12,022 bases of DNA from positions 1 to 12,022 of the forward strand of contig JAEOSI010000047.1 of assembly GCA_016840425.1 (NCBI GenBank), in the 5' to 3' direction. The stretch comes from Candidatus Wukongarchaeum yapensis (GTDB taxonomy: Archaea; Asgardarchaeota; Wukongarchaeia; Wukongarchaeales; Wukongarchaeaceae). The translations under genes and the position numbers were made by a program. Shown here piece after piece: positions 7,030 to 12,022 of the stretch (the stretch's first letter is position 1; each line of letters begins with the position of its first letter). The notes beneath the pieces were generated by a model. That model ran no database searches and had not been told where the DNA came from. It was given only the letters and a program-made list of their open reading frames with translations.

Positions 7030-7563
7030 ATGAAAGAGACCAAAGATTCGTCTAAAAAGACGAACAAAATGAAAAAAGTATTCATGTTTGGGAGCGAAAA
7101 CGAGTTTCAAATTCTATATAGTATTATGGTTCTTGTAGACATAGTTCTCGTAATAGCATTCGGTATACGGATTTTAGGAGAAGTTGTAATCGAGTTAGAA
7201 GTAGAATATTGGATCCTTATTGTCATAATTTTAACTCTCTTCGTTGATAAAATAAAAACGGCTTTAGCACTCGCCTATCAAAGTATTGTAAACATTACCG
7301 ACTTTTTAAGCCAAAAAGTCCTTGAAGAGAACCCCAAACTCAACCTCGTCAAAAGCTTCATAATCACCGGTATTCTCACCTTTGCAGTCTGGTGGTATGA
7401 TTTCTTGAACTCATGGATTGATTGGGTTAAAGATCATAGTGATTTTTGGTATTTAGATGTGATTCTTTTGGGTGGAATCGTGTTTCTGACTACGTGGTTA
7501 GTAGTCTCTTTAATAGTCTACGGGACAAGTAAAAGCATCCCCACTCCTTCTGCTAAAAAATAA
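7030..7563 (+). CDS. Hypothetical integral membrane protein (about 4 TM segments)
   Basis: 177-aa ORF with a basic N-terminus and four hydrophobic stretches (QILYSIMVLVDIVLVIAFGI; YWILIVIILTLFV; FIITGILTFAVWWY; VILLGGIVFLTTWLVVSLIVY). No family recognised. Confidence 0.75.
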   Translation: MKETKDSSKKTNKMKKVFMFGSENEFQILYSIMVLVDIVLVIAFGIRILGEVVIELEVEYWILIVIILTLFVDKIKTALALAYQSIVNITDFLSQKVLEENPKLNLVKSFIITGILTFAVWWYDFLNSWIDWVKDHSDFWYLDVILLGGIVFLTTWLVVSLIVYGTSKSIPTPSAKK

Positions 7564-7589
7564 AGTACTAAAGCTGTTTAAAGAAACCA

Positions 7590-7609
7590 TTTTTTGCCTC
7601 CGCTTTTTT
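7590..7609 (+). terminator. Putative archaeal oligo(T) terminator between convergent genes
   Basis: Two T6 tracts (7590-7595, 7604-7609) within about 45 nt downstream of the membrane-protein stop at 7563. Confidence 0.4.
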
Positions 7610-7611
7610 CA

Positions 7612-9567
7612 CTATTTTTTTAGTTCTTTTTCTACCTTTGTTTTTTCTTTCTGTTTATTCAAAATCGTTTCTTTTAAGTCTTCGATGGTTTTTTCCATCG
7701 ATTCAAGCTTGCCTAAAAACGTAGTTTTTAACGCTTCTTCCTTATGGGATGTGCCCAAAGTTTTTATGTTTTCACGAAGTCTTTCCTGTTCCCTGTAGAG
7801 AGTTTCTAATTCCTCTTTCAAAGCGGTAATATCTTGCTCCAAGATTTCGCGTTCTTTTATGAGTTTTCGTTTATTCATTAGCTTTGCAAAAATTTCCTCG
7901 TCTATTACGCCTTCTTTCTTTAACTTTTCAAGCTGTTCATCAGTCAACTCTTCCAATCTTCTATAAGTCTTCACTATCCGCTTCAATGTCACCCCAAATC
8001 TTCGCGTGGCTTTTCTCTCAACGTTCACAAGCCACCTATAAGCTTGGGGAGTCTCTTGGTAAAGTTCTGGCGCTTCAAACGGCTCAAACACCTCCCCATA
8101 CCAATGTTTTGAATGTTCCAATATCACTTCCGCATCCTCATCTTTACTGTTTGATATAATGTATGTGGTTTCAAGCACCTTTGAAACCGATTCCACGATC
8201 GATCTATACTTTTTATCTAAGGTTACGCTCGTAATTTCCGTCTTTTCCTCCCTTTCAACATTGATGTTTATCTCCTGTTCTAAAACGAAAGGTATGAGCC
8301 TTTCATTCTCCTTTTTCATGGTGGGAAGTATCCCCTCACCAGAATAAGCCCCGTCTGCAAAAAGGGTAATTGGTCCTTCTTCAAGCATTGCTTGGCTCGT
8401 GTTTTTCAGCTCGATGCACATTAACGGGTTTTTTAAATAAGCTTCCTCGTTGAAAAGATAGCGTTTTTTAGTTTCAACCTCTTCCCTCAAAATTGGCACA
8501 AGGGCAGATTGGTTGCGCTTAACTGTCACCGGCTTATTTACCGAATAGGCAAAGAACTCTCCCAATTCCACTGTTGTAGTTTCAACTTTTACATCACTCT
8601 TCGCTCTAACGGGATGTCCTCCCAACTCTTTATCCATGGCAACACTGGCAAGGGCGGCTCTAGGGCTTGGAGGCGGCATAGCTTTGGGGGCATAATATTC
8701 CTCTTCCACCTCTTCTGCCTTCGCTTTTTCTAATTCTGCTTCAGGGATTATCGGTCGAAGCCCTATGTCTTCCCTGCGTTTGACCACTGGTCTTTTCATC
8801 CATAAGGGTGAATAGCTATCATATTCAAAGCTTATCGGGAGACCTGTTACAAGGGTTAGCTGAACGTCTTCCCAGTCAATTCCCCGCGGGTTGTCCACTA
8901 TCGCAAATCCTTCCAAAAAACTCTTTTCTTCAATACTTGTTTTAAAAAGACGATAAGTCGTCTTCCAAGCAGGACTTTCTATGGCGTAGCGAATAAGCAC
9001 CTCAAAGGGAGGTTCTCCATCAAAATGTATCGTTACAGGTTTCATCGTTCTTTTTTTTGCTTCAGCCTGCGTTTCCAGATAAAAAGCAAAATCTTTTGCC
9101 TTTTCCAAGTCTAAAAGTTCCATGCTTTCAATCCTATCAACGTTGATGAAAGCAATGTTTTTCGTTTTTTCATCATAAAAAGAAACCATGACACGTCCTT
9201 CTTTCTCTTCCGCAAACTCTTCAACCCCGATTATCCGACCTTCTTTTTCCTCCTCTCCTGAAATTTTTATCCTAACCCTTTCCCCAGTAAAGGTCTCAAA
9301 AAGGGTCTTAATCCCTGATTCAGGCGATATCGATATTCCTGTCCTTTCTAAAATTTCTCCCACGTCTATTTTAGAACCGAACTGAACAGATACCACTCCC
9401 GCTTCTTTTTCACCATAACAACTCACAGCAAAACTCTTTAACAGATCATTCATGTCATCCTCTTCAAAAAACAGCCTAGCAATTTTTTCCTCCAAAGTCC
9501 CCGTCATCTCTATAAACGCTATACCATGACGATAAATTATCACCCTTGAAACTTTTAACTCAGTCAT
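7612..9567 (-). CDS. DUF4139-type protein with long C-terminal coiled coil
   Basis: N-terminus VSRVIIYRHGIAFIE and DMNDLLKSF, central PAWKTTYRL, GFAIVDNPRGIDWEDVQLTLVTGLPISF, FAYSVNKPVTVKRNQSALVP, and C-terminal EQERLRENIKTLG heptads; these resemble recalled DUF4139/DUF4140-like proteins. Start placed at ATG 9567 because SD GAGGGG is at 9583-9578 (the track's TTG 9585 overlaps it). Confidence 0.8.
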   Translation of the reverse strand: MTELKVSRVIIYRHGIAFIEMTGTLEEKIARLFFEEDDMNDLLKSFAVSCYGEKEAGVVSVQFGSKIDVGEILERTGISISPESGIKTLFETFTGERVRIKISGEEEKEGRIIGVEEFAEEKEGRVMVSFYDEKTKNIAFINVDRIESMELLDLEKAKDFAFYLETQAEAKKRTMKPVTIHFDGEPPFEVLIRYAIESPAWKTTYRLFKTSIEEKSFLEGFAIVDNPRGIDWEDVQLTLVTGLPISFEYDSYSPLWMKRPVVKRREDIGLRPIIPEAELEKAKAEEVEEEYYAPKAMPPPSPRAALASVAMDKELGGHPVRAKSDVKVETTTVELGEFFAYSVNKPVTVKRNQSALVPILREEVETKKRYLFNEEAYLKNPLMCIELKNTSQAMLEEGPITLFADGAYSGEGILPTMKKENERLIPFVLEQEININVEREEKTEITSVTLDKKYRSIVESVSKVLETTYIISNSKDEDAEVILEHSKHWYGEVFEPFEAPELYQETPQAYRWLVNVERKATRRFGVTLKRIVKTYRRLEELTDEQLEKLKKEGVIDEEIFAKLMNKRKLIKEREILEQDITALKEELETLYREQERLRENIKTLGTSHKEEALKTTFLGKLESMEKTIEDLKETILNKQKEKTKVEKELKK

Positions 9568-9602
9568 AAATAAACAACCCCTCAAAAATTTAGAGTAAAA
9601 AC

Positions 9603-9610
9603 TTTATAAA
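9603..9610. promoter_or_regulatory. Palindromic TATA-like box in the divergent intergenic region
   Basis: TTTATAAA at 9603-9610, about 36 nt upstream of the DUF4139 ATG; it reads identically on both strands. Confidence 0.3.
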
Positions 9611-9712
9611 AAACATTCTTGTGTAACAAAGTTGATAAAATTATCAAAAAATCGCCTAAATTTCGTGTAAAAATCTTTTAACCTTTTTGTTTTTTGACTC
9701 TGTAGAAACCGT

Positions 9713-9935
9713 ATGATTGTCTTGTTTGAGTTTAAACCTTATGCTAGTATACCTCTTCATGACCATGTTGAAGGGCAGACGAACATAGTTTTGAGGGTTG
9801 GAGGAAATTTTGAGATAGGGGAAGAGATTTACCATGTTAGGGAGAAGACGGCTTATCATAAGGCTTCTGGTGTTTCTCACCGCGTAGGAATGGGGGAGAA
9901 TGGGGCATTTACTTGATATTTTAAGCCCTCACTAA
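9713..9935 (+). pseudogene. Degenerate cupin-domain gene (Cupin_2-like)
   Basis: MIVLFEFKPYASIPLHDHVEGQTNIVL...FEIGEEIYHV...SGVSHRV follows the cupin pattern (P-L-H-x-H, then motif-2 His). The frame stops at TGA 9914-9916, but the family-like continuation LDILSP appears in the +1 frame (9912-9929). No intact N-terminal strand region, with an in-frame TGA at 9695. Confidence 0.6.
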
Positions 9936-9990
9936 AGACTTATAAAAGATAGGAAATTAGGAGTCATTGATGGATATTGGGGGAATTTTA

Positions 9991-10953
9991 GTGGTTTTGG
10001 AGGTAATAAAAGCAGAGGAATTAGTAAAATATTATGGGGATACTTTGGCCCTTAACAATGTATCTTTTTCTGTGTATAGGGGAGAGGTTTTTGGTTTTTT
10101 AGGGCCGAATGGTGCTGGTAAAACTACTACTGTGAAGATTTTGACTACTTTAATAAGGCCTAATAGAGGGTCTGCTTATGTTTTGGGTTTTGATGTTTTG
10201 AGTGAAGGGAATGAAGTGAGGAAGAGGATAGGGATGGTTCAGCAGCAGTTGAGTTTTGACCATTTCCTGTCAGTTGAAGAAAATATTGAGATGTATGGTA
10301 TTTTGAGGGGGGTTCCAAAGAGGGAGAGAAAAGGGAAAGTTGAAGAATTGTTGGATGAGTTTGGTTTAGTGGATGTGAGGAAAAAACATCCCCTTGAACT
10401 TTCTATTGGGCAGAGGCGGAGGATACAAGTGGCGAGGGAGTTTATCCATAACCCTGAGGTGCTTTTTTTGGATGAGCCGACTATAGGGCTTGATCCCTAT
10501 GCGCGGCGAAAAACCTTAGAACTCATAAAAGATAAGGTGATGGGAGGGTTGACCGTGTTTTTCACCACGCATCTTTTAGAAGAGGCCGAGTATTTATGCG
10601 ACCGTGTGGCCTTAATAAAGAGGGGCAGGATTGTTCTTTTAGACAGGGTAAAGGAGCTTAAGGAGCAGTTTTCTAAAAGGGGAGAATTGGTCGAAGTGAT
10701 CATAAACGGGGCGGATAAGGCGTATTATAATAATCTTCAGAAGCTACCAAGCGTTATCGCAGTTTTTACTCCCCAAGATTTGGGGGATGAACCTGTGAGT
10801 TTGTGTGTTAGGAATGCTGAAGATGTTCTTTCTGAGATTTTAGACCTTGTTACAAGGGATGGGAAACGGTTGAAAATTTTTAACATTAAAGAGATCACGC
10901 TGGAAGATATTTTCATTCAGATTACAACAAAAAGCAACAGTAATAGTGTGTGA
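9991..10953 (+). CDS. ABC-2 type exporter ATP-binding subunit (DrrA/NodI-like)
   Basis: Walker A GPNGAGKTT, Q-loop MVQQ, signature LSIGQRRR, Walker B LFLDEPT, H-loop TTH, C-terminal regulatory extension ending ITLEDIFI. Start placed at GTG 9991 (GGGGG at 9979-9983); the track's start is 9967. Confidence 0.95.
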   Translation: MVLEVIKAEELVKYYGDTLALNNVSFSVYRGEVFGFLGPNGAGKTTTVKILTTLIRPNRGSAYVLGFDVLSEGNEVRKRIGMVQQQLSFDHFLSVEENIEMYGILRGVPKRERKGKVEELLDEFGLVDVRKKHPLELSIGQRRRIQVAREFIHNPEVLFLDEPTIGLDPYARRKTLELIKDKVMGGLTVFFTTHLLEEAEYLCDRVALIKRGRIVLLDRVKELKEQFSKRGELVEVIINGADKAYYNNLQKLPSVIAVFTPQDLGDEPVSLCVRNAEDVLSEILDLVTRDGKRLKIFNIKEITLEDIFIQITTKSNSNSV

Positions 10954-11735
10954 GCTGGTTTGTCGTGATTTCAGTTTTTAGGTTGGTAAATCGGGATATG
11001 AAGATGATGCTTACTAGGGGTAATTTGGGGTTGCAGCTTATTTCCCCTTTAATGTATATTTTTGTTGTGGGATTTATTTACTCTTCAATAATTGAGGAAG
11101 TGGAGATTAATGGGGGTAAGGAGATTTCTTATACGGCTTTTTTAGCTTCGGGGATCATAGTTATGCAGATAATGTTTTCTAGCATGTCTGCTGGCGTCAT
11201 GTTTTGGGCTGATAGGAGGTATGGGATGTTTGAGCAGATATTAACCTGTCCTTTTGAGCGTTTTGAATATATTTTAAGTAAAATTTTGAGCGCTATGTTT
11301 CAAGGCATTATCAGCGGGCTTGTCGTGTTAATTATAAGCTCACCGATTCTAGTAGGAGAAGGTCTAGAGATCTCGGTTCTTGGAACGCTTTATGTCATTT
11401 TTGGATTTGTTTTTGGCGCTTTTTTCTTCGGAGCATTAACCTTAACCATCTCCGTTCTGGTTAAATCTAATGAGACTTTTAACATGCTTATTGGTGTCAT
11501 GTTTATGCCTTTTATCGCTTTTTCCACCATTTTCTACCCCATAAGTCAAGCACCTTCGCTACTAAAAATCATAGCCTATATAAACCCCCTAACTTATGCT
11601 TCAGACATATTAAGAACGGGGCTCTTTGGACTTGGAACAGAAAAGCTTTTGTATAAAATGTTTTTGCTTTTTGGCGAGAGCCTTATCATGTTCTACATAG
11701 CGGTTATAGGGTATAAAAAACATGTAGAGATCTAA
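10950..11735 (+). CDS. ABC-2 type exporter permease (DrrB-like)
   Basis: About six TM segments, SYTAFLASGII, DRRYGMFEQILTCP, STIFYPI and INPLTYASDILR motifs typical of ABC2 membrane proteins; GTGA 4-nt overlap with the ATPase stop. Confidence 0.95.
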   Translation: MSWFVVISVFRLVNRDMKMMLTRGNLGLQLISPLMYIFVVGFIYSSIIEEVEINGGKEISYTAFLASGIIVMQIMFSSMSAGVMFWADRRYGMFEQILTCPFERFEYILSKILSAMFQGIISGLVVLIISSPILVGEGLEISVLGTLYVIFGFVFGAFFFGALTLTISVLVKSNETFNMLIGVMFMPFIAFSTIFYPISQAPSLLKIIAYINPLTYASDILRTGLFGLGTEKLLYKMFLLFGESLIMFYIAVIGYKKHVEI

Positions 11736-11804
11736 TACCCTAAAAAACAATACATAAAAAGCAGAATATGTAAAAATCTTTTAGAGAATCTATAATGCTG
11801 TTTT

Positions 11805-12022
11805 TTAAACTTTTTTGATTTTTAAAGCCTTTCTAGCTTTTCTAAAAGGACCCACAAGCGTGTAAAGTTCCCTACCCGTAATAAAAGATCTCCCTATAAC
11901 ATTCTTAAAAGCATCAATTGCAGCTCTTTTTTTATGAGGTTTCATGCCTAAAAGATCCACAAGACTCTCAAAGGTTTTCATTAAAATCTCCCTTTCCTCC
12001 TTATTAGCAAGCCTATAAAACC
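11805..12022 (-). CDS. TrmJ/TrmH (SpoU) family RNA 2'-O-methyltransferase, C-terminal end; truncated by window edge
   Basis: Manual minus-strand translation from 12020: FYRLANKEEREILMKTFESLVDLLGMKPHKKRAAIDAFKNVIGRSFITGRELYTLVGPFRKARKALKIKKV* (TAA 11807-11805). The RLAxxEE...GR.FI(S/T)GRE.YTL.G.FRK pattern resembles recalled archaeal TrmJ-like C-termini; the catalytic SPOUT domain lies outside the window. Confidence 0.75.
   Translation of the reverse strand, partial: FYRLANKEEREILMKTFESLVDLLGMKPHKKRAAIDAFKNVIGRSFITGRELYTLVGPFRKARKALKIKKV

Noticed and set aside
7884-9385. Plus-strand track ORFs antisense to the DUF4139-type gene
   Set aside because: Shadow frames of a strongly biased coding strand.
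10399-10422. ABC signature reads LSIGQ instead of LSGGQ
   Set aside because: The third position is commonly variable in ABC-2 exporter ATPases, and the Walker A/B and H-loop are intact.
9656-10703. Minus-strand track ORFs 9656-9880 and 10497-10703
   Set aside because: Antisense to the cupin remnant and the ABC ATPase; no independent support.
1-12022. CRISPR arrays, tRNA/rRNA genes, transposases, integrases, inteins
   Set aside because: No regularly spaced repeats, cloverleaf/BHB patterns, DDE or tyrosine-recombinase motifs, or intein splice motifs were seen; the helicase length is explained by its C-terminal domains.

Overview
AT-rich archaeal chromosomal window. Archaeal assignment rests on the archaeal/eukaryotic-type TrpRS, PAC2 chaperone, DUF2072 zinc-ribbon protein, archaeal TrmJ-like tail and GGAG/GGTGA ribosome-binding sites; the lineage cannot be fixed from sequence alone. 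Gene order: 5' part of a PAC2-family proteasome assembly chaperone (-, runs off the left edge); trpS; a 1122-aa Ski2-like helicase overlapping the trpS stop; a DUF2072 (OapC/ArvC-like) Zn-ribbon protein; a 53-aa orphan ORF; an HD-domain protein; a 4-TM membrane protein; a DUF4139-type protein (-); a degenerate, frameshifted cupin; an ABC-2 exporter ATPase plus permease; and the 3' end of a TrmJ/SpoU-like RNA methyltransferase (-, enters from the right edge). No tRNA, rRNA, CRISPR array, integrase or transposase was seen. The most interesting object is the helicase. Its core looks more like the Mer3/HFM1/Brr2 cassette than Hel308, and it is fused to a possible degenerate NucS-N-like domain and four C4 zinc ribbons, suggesting a fused archaeal DNA-processing module. 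Secondary observations are a 4Fe-4S-type Cys motif in TrpRS, an OapC homolog without its usual partners, kb-scale G/T versus A/C skew reversals inside genes, and small unannotated ORFs. All family assignments come from motif recognition and recall, not database searches.
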